Positions 51,380 through 63,784 of a stretch of DNA of 64,000 bases are shown here, in pieces. Each line of letters opens with the position of its first letter. The first letter of the stretch is position 1. The stretch is from Chiloscyllium plagiosum (Eukaryota). The notes under the pieces are model-generated. The model made no database searches, was not told the origin of the DNA, and was given only the letters and a program-made list of their open reading frames with translations. The stretch covers positions 7,329,563-7,393,562 of the forward strand of contig NC_057718.1 of the NCBI RefSeq assembly GCF_004010195.1, given 5' to 3'. Position numbers and translations under genes: made by a program.

Positions 51380-51897
51380 TGAAGGGAAAGCAATGGCCTT
51401 GTGGTATTTTTGCTGAACTGTTAATCTGGAGACTCAGATAATGTTCTGGGGACCTGGGTTCAAACCCTGTCATGGTAGATGGTGGAATTTGAATTAAATG
51501 AAAAAAAATGTCTGGAATTAAAGTCTAATGATGACCTGCTTTTGGAAAAGCCCATCTGGTTCACCAATGTCTTTCAGGGAGGGAAACTGCTGTCATGTGA
51601 CGCCAGACTCACTGCAATGTGGTTGACACTTAACTGCTCTCTGGGCAATTAGGGATGGGCAATAAATGCTGTCCTGGCCAGGTACGCCCTCATCCCATGA
51701 ATGAATAAAAAAAAGCTACAGTTGGTGGAATATAAATAATAGACTCTGATTCTCACGCAACTAAAGGAGAGCGAGAAAAGAATTTCTACAATTTTGTTTG
51801 CCAGACATTGAATATAAATAGAAATAGACAGCTATTGATTTCTTCACCAAGAGAGGAATTCACCCTAATTGCCCTTGAGAAGGTGGTGGTGAGCTGC
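51351..51897 (+). repeat. Second copy of the direct duplication
   Basis: Matches 49707-50265. Confidence 0.92.
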
Positions 51898-54189
51898 TCT
51901 CTTAAGCCACTGTAGTCTGTGTGCTCTAGATAGATACACAATGCCATTGGATGTGGAAGGTGTTTCAGGATTTTGACTGAGCAACACTGAAGGAATGAGG
52001 ATATATTTCCAAGTCTGGATGGTAAATGGCTTGAAGAGGAACTTGCAGTTGGTGGTTAGGGTTAGGGGTAGGGTGAGCAAGGGCTATCCTATTCAACTGC
52101 TGCCATCGTCCTTCTACGTGGTAGAAGTTGTGAGCTTGGGAGGTGCTGTCAATGGAGCATTGGTGGGTTGTAGCTGTGCATCTTGTGGATGGTACACACT
52201 GCTGCAACTCTATGACATTGAAGTCAGCAGATGTGTCTGAATCAAGTGGGCTACCTCGACCTAAATAGTGTCAATCTTCCAAATTGTTGTCAGAACTCCA
52301 CTAGACCGTGGAACAGAGAAGAATGAGTTTATCAGTTTTGGAAAGAAGATCATTGACCACAAACTTTAACTCTGTCTCTCTCTTCACAGATGCTGCCAGA
52401 ATTACTGAGCATTTACAACAAATTCGATCTTTATTTTTTGCATATTTCCAGCAGCTGTAAGGTTTGCTTTGACAGCAGAGTGGGGCATGACGGAATGTAT
52501 GTTCTGTTCAGATGCGGGAGGAGATTCGATGGGGTTTTTGAGAACATGCCTGTTTTGAACTTGGAACAGTTTGACCTGAAAAACATATTGAAGATTTATA
52601 ATGAAATGCTTCACTTCCCTGTAACAAGTCAGAAGTGACTGGTAAACTGATAAAATCAAGTGAGTTCAGCCAGTCTATGGAAGAAAAACCTCATTAGAAC
52701 TAACTTATTAATTTTGAAAAAGTCAGATAAATTCTCCTTACATTTCTTGAAGTTAACTTTAATATAATTATGCAGTGTGTACTTATGCAGTATCATAAAT
52801 TGTCATATGAAAAATGTTTAAAAATTGGCATTTTGCAGTAAATGTTCAGATTTATAAAGACTTGACATCAATGCTGTCACTTAGCACCGTGGCTACCCAG
52901 CAGCTAGTGAATAAATAAGCCAGAAGCAAGCATGCATTGACATGCGGGAGCCTTATAGGGATTGTACAGGGCATCAGGGAGTCACGCACAGTGAAGGGAA
53001 ATTGGAGAGAATATTGCCCAAGATACCCAGATCAGAAAAACAGTACAACTGAATGTGCTGCCAAACATCAACAAGAACTTACACTCACAGAACACCCTTA
53101 AACCAAACATTGCTAAAAAATGTGCTTTTTGTCTTGGATGCAACAGGACAGGGATGCAAGAAACCAGGCACCGGGTTATAGTCCAACACGTTTATTTGAA
53201 ATCACTCTTGAAAGAGCAGTATTCTGAAAGCTTGAGATTCAAATAAACCTGTTGGACTATAACTTGGTGTTGTGTGATTTCTGACTTTGGACCATGGTTG
53301 GCATGGAAATACCAAAGTATCTTTTAACTGTCAATCTTCGCTTGATAACTAACCTCAGACTAGGCAGGTAGAATCTGATTGGTCAGGATGTCGCCACAGG
53401 GAGTGCTGCAGAGATTGGCAGTTCCTATAATCCTTTTCCAATGAACGTGATGAAATGTGTATACAGAGTCCTTTTATCTGCACAGGACAGAGTCCCTAAT
53501 GTGAGAAAACATGTCACCACTGACAAACGCAGATGAAATACACAGTGGTCCTAACTGATAATCTTACTTTTAACATCATGCGATATCCCAGAATCCCTGA
53601 CAGAAGAGTCATCAATCAAGATTTGACAGTGAGTCACCACTGGTAAAATTAGGACAAGGGACCAAAAGCATGGTCAATTTACAGAGATAATTTTGGTGAC
53701 ATCGGTTAACTGCAAAGAACTGTAGACGCCGAAAATCTGAAACAAAACCAGAAATTGTTGGAGAAACTCAGCAGGTCTGGCAACAACTGTGAGAGAGAAG
53801 TGGAGTTGACATTTTGAGTCCAGTGACCCTTCTTCAGAACTGATAGTAGCTATTGCAGAGACATTGCAATTGATGGAGGAGGGAGTAATTAAAAGGTGGA
53901 CAGATTTAGGGAGATTTCAGAGAATCAGACATGAACAGCACTGAACTTCATTTGATCCTGCAGACAGAAAGGAAATAGGATAGAAACGATTCTCAGAGGG
54001 AAAAGGTATAATTTTACAATGATCAGTCCCGCTAGTGATAAATCTTATCTTTGGATTATGAAAATCTTTTCAAATATTATGCACCATTTTTTTCCCATTG
54101 ATTATGTAGACTACGTGGCCAGATTTTCAGTGGGTGAGTTTTCCTCTTGGCAGGGTATTCACAACAGGAACCTACAGTAACTTTTCCAA

Positions 54190-55365
54190 CAACAAGAATC
54201 TAAGTAGCAGGCAGTGACAAGTGAGATACCACAGGCAGACCCAACTATTCACAATGTACATCAGGGAACTAAATGTAATAACAGCAAGGTTACACACAGC
54301 ACAAAGCTGGGTGGGATGGTGAGCTGTGAGGAGGATGTGGGGGAGGGGGGGTGGGCCTCAGTGTGAATTAATCAAGTTGAGTGAGTGGGTAAATGCATGG
54401 CAGATGAAGGAGGAGGAGACAGATCTAGTTCAAAGGCCGAAAGGGACCAAAAGGTCTGAGGAGAAAGCAGCAACAAGGTACTACATTGGATGATCAGCCA
54501 AGATCATATTGAATGGCAAAGCACTTTTGAAGGGCTGAATGGCCTACTCCTGTTACTATTTTCTATGATGAAATGTAAGATTATCTATTTCTGGTAACAA
54601 AATCAGAAAGACTTATTACTATCTGAAAGGTGATAGGTATGGAAAGGGAGAGGTGTAAATTGATCTGGGTATCCTTATACACCAATCGCTGAAGGTAAGC
54701 ATTACAGAGTTGCAGGCAGCGAAGAAGGTAAGTAATATGTTGGCCTTTTTAGCAAGAGGATTTGTGTACAGGAGTAGAACTGTCTTTCTGCACCACACCC
54801 AGGTGTGAGATCACACCCGGAGTATTGTGTGCTGTTTTGATCTCCTTTTCTGAGGATGGGTGTTCTTGCAATGGAGGGAGTGCAACAGAGGTTTACCAGA
54901 CTGCTTCCTGAGAAGGCAGGACTGACGTACACAGAGAGATTGGATCGGTTAGGACTACATTCACCAGAGTTTAGAAGAATGAGGGATAGGTCTCATAGAA
55001 ACCTGTAAAAGTCTAACAGGACTAGACCGGGTAAATGAAGGAAGGATGTTCCCAACCAGTGGGGTATCCAGGAACAGGGGACGTAGTCTAAGGTTATCAG
55101 GTGGGCTATTTGGGACTGAGATGAGGAGAAATGTCTTCATCTGAGAATGGGGAGCCTGTAGAATTCCTTGCCAACGAACGTATTTGAAGTCAAAACATTG
55201 AATGTTTTCAAGAAGGAGTTAGGTATAAGTCTTAGGGCCAAAGGGATCAAGAGTACAGAACATAGGAACAGGGGGCTGATTTATTTGATCAGCCCTGATC
55301 ATACTGAATGCCAGAGCAGGCTCGAATGGCCGAATGGCCTACTCCTGCACCCATTTTCAAAGTTA
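54190..55365 (+). mobile_element. Degenerate CR1 RT and 3' fragments
   Basis: gagtattgtgtgctgttttgatctcct and gagatgaggagaaatgtcttc, plus 3' UTR. Confidence 0.75.
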
Positions 55366-56697
55366 CTCATAAATTGTATTTATGCAGACCCCCACCATGA
55401 TACAGTAAAACATCTCAACTCTGTAAAGGGGAGTTATCAAGTAAAATTTAACATTGAGCCATACAAGGAGATATTATTGCAAGTGATTAAGGCTGAGTCA
55501 AAATGTAGGTCTAAAGAAGCCTCCTAAGTGAGGAAAGAAAGGTAGGGCAGAGAATGATTTTAAGGAGGGAATTCCAGAGCTCAGGGCCAAGGCAGCTGAA
55601 GACGGAACCAATCCCAACATGCTTAAAATTGGGGATATGCATGAGAGACACCAGAACTGGGAAAACTGCAGGGCTCTCAGAGGCTTGTATTTCAAATAGA
55701 GATCAAGAGAAAGTCACTCTGGGCTACTTCCAGACAGCTCCTGGTGGCCAGGTATGATGCATTATTGATGAGGATCTACATTTTGGAGTGAAAAATAACA
55801 CAAGAGGACAAGACTAAGGAAAGGAAAGCAAAGTGAGGAACAAGGTTTTAAAAACGACTTGATAAATCCATAATCATTTGATAAACTGACCCCTTACCCA
55901 TTCCACATGGGAGTCCATCTCTCACACGTCCTCCCTGTCTCTATTTGAATGAATGTGTATCACAAGCCCAGGTATATAATATTCCTGGCCCTAATGCTTT
56001 GTTGATGCTGTTTTCCAATCCTGGCATAACCAACCATACCGTTCTCAAAAGCTGACAATTAATGTGAGATTTGTGGTGCTGGTGACAGTGCTGTGCGTGG
56101 AAAGAGCACAGAACAGAATCATTGAGACAGGGAGTAGCATTAGCACATTCTTTTGCTCTGAGTAATATCTGAAAAGTTGAATGAAGTCCCAAAGCAACGT
56201 TCTGGATCTGCCTATACGGTTTGGGAAAGGCGCGCCCGTACTATGTAAAAGCAGCTGAGCTGATGACATAAATGCTGGAAGTCTGAAACCAAAGCCAAGA
56301 ACGAGTAATGAAGCCAAGGATGGGTTGGGAGGAAGTCAGGCTGCAAAGTGAATGCTGTGGGAATCCAAAATAATTTTCTCTCTGTTTTTGCAGATGCTGC
56401 ACAGCAGTGAAGAAAAATATTACATGGGATATACAGCACAGAAAGAGGCCATTCAGACCCAGCCAGTCCATGCTTGTGTCCATTAGAACATAAGAACATT
56501 AGGAATAGGAGCAGAGGTAGGCCGTCTGGCCCCTAGAGCCTGCTCCGCCATTCAATACGATCATGGTTGATCTTTCAATGGACTGAGCTCTACTTACCCG
56601 CCCTCTCACCATAACCCTTAATTCCTTTACTGTTCAAAAATATATATATATATCTTTGCCTGAAAAACAGTCAATGAGGTAGCCTCAACTGCTTCAC

Positions 56698-56896
56698 TGT
56701 AGACAGGCAGAAGGCTGGAAGAACACAGCAAGCCAGGCAGCATCAGGAGGTGGAGAAGTCAGCGTTTTGGGTGTAACCCTTCTTCAGAAGTCCTGAAACA
56801 TTGACTTGTCCACCTCCTGTTGTTGCCTGGTCTGCTGTGTTCTTCCAGCCACCTGCCTGTCTACCTTGGGTTCCAGCATCTGCAACTTTTTTTGTC
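56698..56896. mobile_element. Fold-back PLE-end insertion (family B) inside a minus-strand CR1 tail (about 56484-57060)
   Basis: gtagacaggcagaaggctggaagaacacagca versus tgctgtgttcttccagccacctgcctgtctac. Same end sequence as the PLE at 14119. Confidence 0.82.
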
Positions 56897-59800
56897 TCAA
56901 CTGGCAGGGAATTCCACCGATTCACAACCTTTTGGGTGAAGATGTTCCTCGTCAACTCCGTCCTAAATCTGCATCTCCCTTACTTTGAGGCGATGCCCCC
57001 TGGTTCTAGTTTCACGCTGCCTCTGGAAACAGCCTCCCTGTTTCTATCATCAATCCCCTAGCCTCGTCCCATCATTCCTCATATAAACTACTAAGGTCAG
57101 CCCTATTCCCTTTCTCCTCATATACTTACTTTGATTCTATAAAGGCATCAATACCATTTACTTCAATTGGGGGTCAGTCAGCTCAGTTGACTGCTGATCC
57201 TATTGAATGGCTTAGGGGCGAAATGATCTACTCCTGCTCCTATTTCATATGGTCTTATGGCTGGTTTGTGACAGTTTTTGTTTATTCCCTTGTGTGACGT
57301 GGGCGTCACTGGCTGGGCCAACATTTATTGCCTGTCCCTAGTTGTCCTCAAGAAGCTGCAGTCCATGTGCTGTGGGTAAACTCACAATGCCATTAGGGAG
57401 GGAATTCCAGGATTTCAACCCAGCGGCAGTGAAGGAACGACAATATATTTCAGGATCATAAGTGGCTTGAAGGGGAACATGCAAAGGGTGATGTTCCCAT
57501 GTAAATTCTGCTCTTGTCTTCTAGATAGAAGTGGTCATGAATTTGGAAAATGCTGTCTCGGGATTTTTTATGAATTTCTGCAGGGCATTTTATCAACGGT
57601 ACACATGGCTGTTACTGAGCGTCAGTGGTGGAGGGAGTGGATGTTTGTGGATGTGGTACCAGTCGAATGGGCTGCTTTGTCCTGGATGGTGTCAAGCTTC
57701 TTGAGTGTTGTTGGAGCCCATCCAGGCAAGTGGGAGTATTCTATCACACTCCTGACTTGTGCCTTGTAGGTGGTGGACAGGCTTTGGGGAGTTAGGAGGT
57801 GAGCTATTCACTACAGTATTCCTGGTGTCTGATCTGCCACTGTGTTTACATGGTGAGTCCAGCTGAGTTTCAATTCGTGGCAACCCTCAAGATCTGGATA
57901 GTGGGGATTCAACATCCTGGGGGGTTACCATTGATCAGAACCTCAACCAGACTCAAGATACAGTGATGACCAACAGCCCAGGTCTAATTTCCACACCAGC
58001 TGAGATCACCATGAAGGTCAAACCTTCTTAGCCACTCCCCTCACCTGAGGTCTGGTGACCCTCAGATTAAACTCACCACAAGTCGTCACTCTCTGATGAG
58101 AGAGCAGGCCTATGATCCTCTGGAATTACAGTGACAATATTTTGTTCCATGTGGCGGTGAGTATCACATTTTCCACACTCTTTGGGAGAAGTTTCTTCTG
58201 AATTCTCCATTGGATTTCTTGACTACTATCTGATATTGAAATCCTCATTTATACTAGCCTGCACAAGAGAAAGTGTTCTCTCTAATTCCACTATAGAATA
58301 ATCTTGCTTTATTTTAAAGATACTTATTAGACCACCCTTCTTTTCTCAAGAGAAAGGAGTCACAGGTCAATCAACCCTTTACTGGTGTCAATTTTTTTTA
58401 ATGTTCTTTCATGAGATATAGACATCATTGGCTGAGCCAACCTTGATAAGCCATCCCTAGTTGGTCTTGAACTGGCTTGCAGAGGCCATTTCAGAGGGGA
58501 ATTCAGAGTTGGCCACATTGCTGTTGGTGTGGAGTCATTTGTAGGCCAGACCAGGCAAGAACAGCAGATTTCCTTCACGATGGGGGATTAGATGGGACTT
58601 TATAACAATGAACATTGATTTCATAGTCACCATCAGGGAAGCTTTTGCTTTGAATTTTCACAGCCACATCATGCTTGTAAATCTTCTCCACTACCTCTTC
58701 AGTACCTCATTATTTCTTTTTAACATGGTTATCAGAAATGCATGCCATACTTTCATTGTGGTCTAACCAAGGTTCAATCCAGGTTTGGCAAAACTTTGAT
58801 CCTTTCAATTCTACCTGAACTGAAGACTGAGACATTTAGCGGAGAGTGCACAGGATCAAGAAGTTGTAATTTACAAAAAAAAAAATTGTTTTTTAAAATA
58901 CGGTTTTTGAAATGCGATGTACCGACGTGTTATTCAGCTAGGTATGTCTGAGAGAGAGGACACATTCGAGGTGCCACATTGAAAGCAGTAAAAAAATAAA
59001 CATGGATGACTCATAGAACTTCAGAAAATCTAAATAATTCTAAAGCACCTGGAGCTCAGTTTTAAGAATCGAGAGAATGTCGGCTTAACAATGACAGGGC
59101 CGCAACATTACAGTGACAGGGAACAAGATCATTATTAAGATGCTGCTTATAGCTGAGATGACTTTGGAACCTTTTCCTATAATCAAGTCAGCTTCACATG
59201 TGACAGTATGTATTTATGCTGCTGTGTTGTTGCATAAAGATTCATTCTTGGGATGTGGGCGTTTTTGGCAAAACCAGTATTTAATGCCCTTCCACAGAAA
59301 CTCTTAGGAATATGATAGTGAGCCACTTCCCAGAATTACTGTGGGTCACGCCAGGGCTCTGTCAGTAGTGAGTGTCAAGATTTTGATCCAAGTGACAGTA
59401 AAGGTCAGTGATGTATTGCCAATTCCAACTGACGTCTCTGTGAATCACAGAATGATACAGCACAGGAGGAGGCCATTCAGCCCATCAAATCTGCACTGGC
59501 TCTTTCAATGAGACTTTGAAGGGAGTCTGGAGATGGTAATGGACCCATGCGTCTTTCCAAGGAGTGACAGTCAAAGCTTTTCACCAACTTGTCTTCAAGT
59601 TTTTAATCCTCTCACTGACTGATACCAAACTTGACAGAAAGGGCTAGAAACATTCTCCCACCTCACTTCGTTCCCCACCACTCCCCAGCAGCATAAATCC
59701 CAGCTTTCCGATCAGTGGTGCTGGAAGAGCACAGCAATTCAGGCAGCTTCCGACGGCTTTGTCTAGCCTTCACCAGACTCAAAATGTTAACTTTGTTTCT

Positions 59801-60253
59801 CTCTCCATGGATACTGCCAGAGCTGCGGAGATCCTCCAGCAATTTCTGTTTCTGTTCCAGAAAAGCATGTGCCCCGGTTCTTGAGCGATGGCTCACGATC
59901 CACGAGCAGCCGGCTCCTGTTGAAATCGAGATGGTCAGTGTTGTTGGTACCCACCACATTTCCCTGGATGAAGTGTTGGCATGCTGCGTCGATGAGATGC
60001 AACACTAGAGACGCTGCTGACTGCAATCACAACAACCATGCGCCCATCAGCTAGTTAACAACAAAAAACCTGGAAGCTTTTAGGTTTGTATGACTCAGAG
60101 CATCATTACCTGAGGGGGCTGGGCTGTCAGAGAAATCAGCAAAATTATTAAAATTATAATGCTAACCTTAGCTCTCAGTGGGTAATAGGGAAGGTAATTG
60201 GAAGGTTGGCATTTATTTCAAAGGGAATGGAGGATAAAAATAAATTGTAGGGG

Positions 60254-60992
60254 GAGGTGATGGCCTTGTGGTGTTAATGCTAGTTTTTTTTTGATGAATT
60301 TACAGAATGTTGGTGTCACTGGCTGGGCCAGCATTTATTGCCCATCCCTAATTGCCCAGAGGGCAGTTAAGAGTCAACCACATTGCTGTGGTTCTGGAGT
60401 TACATGCAGGCCAGACTAGGGTAGGGAAGGCAGATTTCCTTCTCTAAAGGGCATTGGTGAACCAGATGGGTTTTCTCCCCCCATAATTGTCAATGGTTAC
60501 ATGGTCACCATCAGACTCCTAATTCCATTTTAATATTGAATTCAAATTCCACCATTTACTATGGTGTGGTTTGAGCCCTGATCTCCAGAAGGTTACCTGG
60601 GTCTCTGGAATAATCGTCCAAGGATAACACTCCTAGGGCATCACCTTCCCCCAGAGATACAGGTAATGTTCTGGAACCCAAGTTTTAATATTGCCATGGC
60701 AGAACTTAAATTCAATAAAAAACTGGAATCAGGAGTCTCATGGTGACCATTGTAGATTACTGGAAAAGCCCACCTGGTTCAATAATGTCCTTTAGGGAAG
60801 GAAGCTGCCATCCTTACCTGGTCTGGCCTGCATGTAACTCCAGACCCACAGCAATGTGGTTGGCTCTTAACTGCCCTCTGGTCTGGCCTAAATATGACTC
60901 CAGACCCACAGCTAACGTGAGTCTGACTCTTAAGTGTCGTCCGGGCAATTAGAGATGGGTGAATAAATGCTGACATCCCATCAATGAATAAA
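60254..60992. mobile_element. DeuSINE (plus) with a second DeuSINE (minus, about 60285-60650) nested in it
   Basis: Deu core present in both orientations. Confidence 0.7.
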
Positions 60993-61558
60993 ACAAACCT
61001 GGGGTCATGCTAAAACTATACAAAGCATTGATCAGAGCACAGTTGGAATACTGTGAACAGTTTTTGCAAGGTTTGTGAAGGTTTGTAGCTCAGGTTGAGG
61101 TTTAGGGCGTAGGTTTGCTCACTGAGCTGTAGGTTTGATATCCAGAAATTTCATTACCTGGCTAGGTAACATCGTCAGGGGTGACCATTTCATTACCTGG
61201 CTAGGTAACATCGTCAGGGGTGACCTCCAAGTGAAGAGAAGCTGTTGGGGTTCCTGGGGTTTGTGGTGATGTCATTTCCTGTTCGTTTTCTGAGGGGTTG
61301 ATAGATGGTATCTAAATCTAAGTGTTTGTTTATGGCGTTGCGGTTGGAGTGCCAGGCCTCTAGGAATTCTCTGGCATGTCTTTACTTAGCCTGTCCCAGG
61401 ATAGATGAGTTGTCCCAGTTGAAATGGTGGGTTTTTTTTCATCCGTGTGTATGAGGGAGAGAGGGTCGAGTCTTTTTGTGGCTAGCTGGTGTTCGTGTAT
61501 CCTGGTGGCTAACTTTCTTCCTGTTTGTCCTACGTAGTGTTTGTGGCAGTCCTTGCAT

Positions 61559-61822
61559 NNNNNNNNNNNNNNNNNNNNNNNNNNNNNNNNNNNNNNNNNN
61601 NNNNNNNNNNNNNNNNNNNNNNNNNNNNNNNNNNNNNNNNNNNNNNNNNNNNNNNNNNNNNNNNNNNNNNNNNNNNNNNNNNNNNNNNNNNNNNNNNNNN
61701 NNNNNNNNNNNNNNNNNNNNNNNNNNNNNNNNNNNNNNNNNNNNNNNNNNNNNNNNNNNNNNNNNNNNNNNNNNNNNNNNNNNNNNNNNNNNNNNNNNNN
61801 NNNNNNNNNNNNNNNNNNNNNN
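61559..61822. other. Assembly gap (N run)
   Basis: Run of n characters. Confidence 0.99.
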
Positions 61823-62071
61823 AAAAGCCACCATTTCGACTGGGACAACACATCTATCCTGGGACAGGCTAAGCAAAGACATGCCAGAGAATTCCTAGAG
61901 GCCTGGTACTCCAACCACAACGCCATAAACAAATGCATAGATCTAGATGCCATCTATCACCCTCTCAGAAAACGAACAGGAAATGACATCACCACAAACC
62001 CCAGGAACCCCATCCAGGAGAAAGATATAAATAGAAAGCAGGAGACAACAGCTTCGCTTCACTTGGAGGTC

Positions 62072-62112
62072 TCCACTGATGATGTTACCTAGCCAGTGAT
62101 GAAACGTCTGGA
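62072..62112 (+). ncRNA. Minimal type I hammerhead ribozyme motif (best preserved in the window)
   Basis: TCCA-CTGATGA-T-GTTAC CTAGCCA GTGAT-GAAA-CGTC-TGGA: perfect 4-bp helix I, 5-bp helix II with two G-U pairs, ACGT palindrome. Predicted cut after C62108. Confidence 0.8.
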
Positions 62113-62791
62113 TATCAAACCTACAGCTCAGCGAGCAAACCTACACCCTAAACTGTGAACAGTTTTGAGCAATCCCCAAGCCCCCACATATCCAAGGAAA
62201 GATGTACAGGCATTGAGGATAGTCCAGAGATGGTTCACCAAGTTGATTCCAGGTATAGAGGGACTATTTTATGAGGAGAGGTTGAGTTTGTCAGGCCTGC
62301 ACCCTTTGGACTTTAGAAAGTTTAGAAGCACAAGAATGACAGGGTAGATGCTGAGAGATTGTTTCTTCTTGTGGGAGAGTCGGGAACCAGTAAATATAAT
62401 CTCAGAAAAAGGCATTGCCCATTTAAACAGAGATGAGGACACCATTTTTTCTTCTAAAAGATTAGTGAATCTGTGGAACTCTTTCACAGAGGTTGGCTCA
62501 TTAAATATATTCTAGGCTGAGATGGACAGATTTTTAATTGGTTAGGGAAGGAAGGGTTATCGGGAAAAGACAGGAAAGTGCAGTTGACGGTTATCAGATC
62601 AGCCCTGATCTTGCTGAATGATGGAGCTGACTCATTATGCTATGTCCACTCCCATGTTTCATATTGATATTGTCTTTTGTGCAACAGAATGCTTTGGCCT
62701 TCAACACATTGTTCAATGTATTGCCAAAGACGTTTCAAGCGCTTGATGGAATGCGTGGAAGATAGCTATACACAATAGCAAATAATCAAGA

Positions 62792-63062
62792 TTTGGAGAT
62801 GCCGGTGTTGGACTGGGGTGTACAAAGCTAAAAATCACACAACACCAGGTTGTAGTCCAACAGGTTTAATTGGAAGCACTAGCTTTTGGAGCGCTGCTCC
62901 TTCATCGGGTGGTTATGGAGAACACAATTGTAAGACACAGAATTTATTGCAACAGTGCTGTAACGTTTACTATAAATTCTGTGTCTTACAGTTGTGGACT
63001 CTATAACCACCTGATGAAGGAGCAGCACTCTGAAAGCTAGTGCTCCCAGTTAAACCTATTGG
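62792..63062. mobile_element. Fold-back PLE-end insertion (family C)
   Basis: gcactagcttttggagcgctgctccttcatcgggtggttat versus ataaccacctgatgaaggagcagcactctgaaagctagtgc. Confidence 0.8.
63008..63042 (+). ncRNA. Minimal type I hammerhead ribozyme motif
   Basis: CAC-CTGATGA-A-GGAG CAGCA CTCT-GAAA-GCTA-GTG: 3-bp helix I, AGCT palindrome, CUA triplet. Confidence 0.7.
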
Positions 63063-63784
63063 CAAATAATCAAGGTGGTCAATGAAATGATGGCCTTTAT
63101 ATCTACAAGACTGGGGTGTAAGGAAGCAGAAGTTATGTTGCGGCTATAAAATCTCTGGTTAGATCCCACTGGGAGTACAGGAAGCAGATGTGGGCACCAC
63201 ACGGTTGAATGGATATATTGGCCATGGAGGGAGTACAATGCAGGTTTACAAGAATGATACCTGGACTACAGGGGTTAAATTACAAAGAGAGATTATACTA
63301 ATTAGACCAGTTTTCTTAAGAATTTAAATGGTTAAGGAGTGATCTGGTCAAAGTCTTCAAGATATGAATAGAAAAAACAGGTTAGATAAAGAGAAACTGT
63401 TTCATCTAGTCGGGGATTTTAGAACTAGGGGGCATAGTCTGAGAATTAGAACTAGACCATTTTGGGAGAGATGTTAGGAAGCACTTCAACAAACAAAGAG
63501 TGGCAGACTTTTCCACAAATGGCAGTTGGGCATATTCTTAATCTGAGAGGAGAATGATTTAAAAAAGACATGAGGGGCAATTCTTTTGCACAGAGTTATT
63601 TGTGGGTGGAATGAACTTCCTGAGGAAATGATGGATGTGGGTACAGTTACAACATTTAAAAGACATTGAGATAAATACATGAATAAGAAATATATGGAGG
63701 GATGTGTGCCAAGCATTGGCAGGTGGCACTAGTTTAGTTTGGGATAATGGGTGGCATAGACTGGCGGACCAAAGGGTGAAGTTA

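Larger units (their letters stand above)
61065..62151. mobile_element. Inverted pair of Penelope/Poseidon-type PLE 3' ends (family E) inserted in a CR1, spanning a gap
   Basis: Minus arm CKDCHKHYVGQTGRKLATRIHEH (GIY-YIG); plus arm HHFDWDNTSILGQ...REFLEAWYS...IN. Exact 15-bp TSD ACTGTGAACAGTTTT at 61050-61064 and 62152-62166. Confidence 0.9.

Noticed and set aside
56371..56486. Plus-strand acceptor followed by ATG
   Set aside because: It runs straight into an antisense CR1 tail, with no donor and no recognisable protein.
59861..60008. Resemblance of the peptide to a PDGF/VEGF cystine knot or an alpha/beta-hydrolase His motif
   Set aside because: Only a few residues match and the cysteine spacing is wrong; not supportable without a search.
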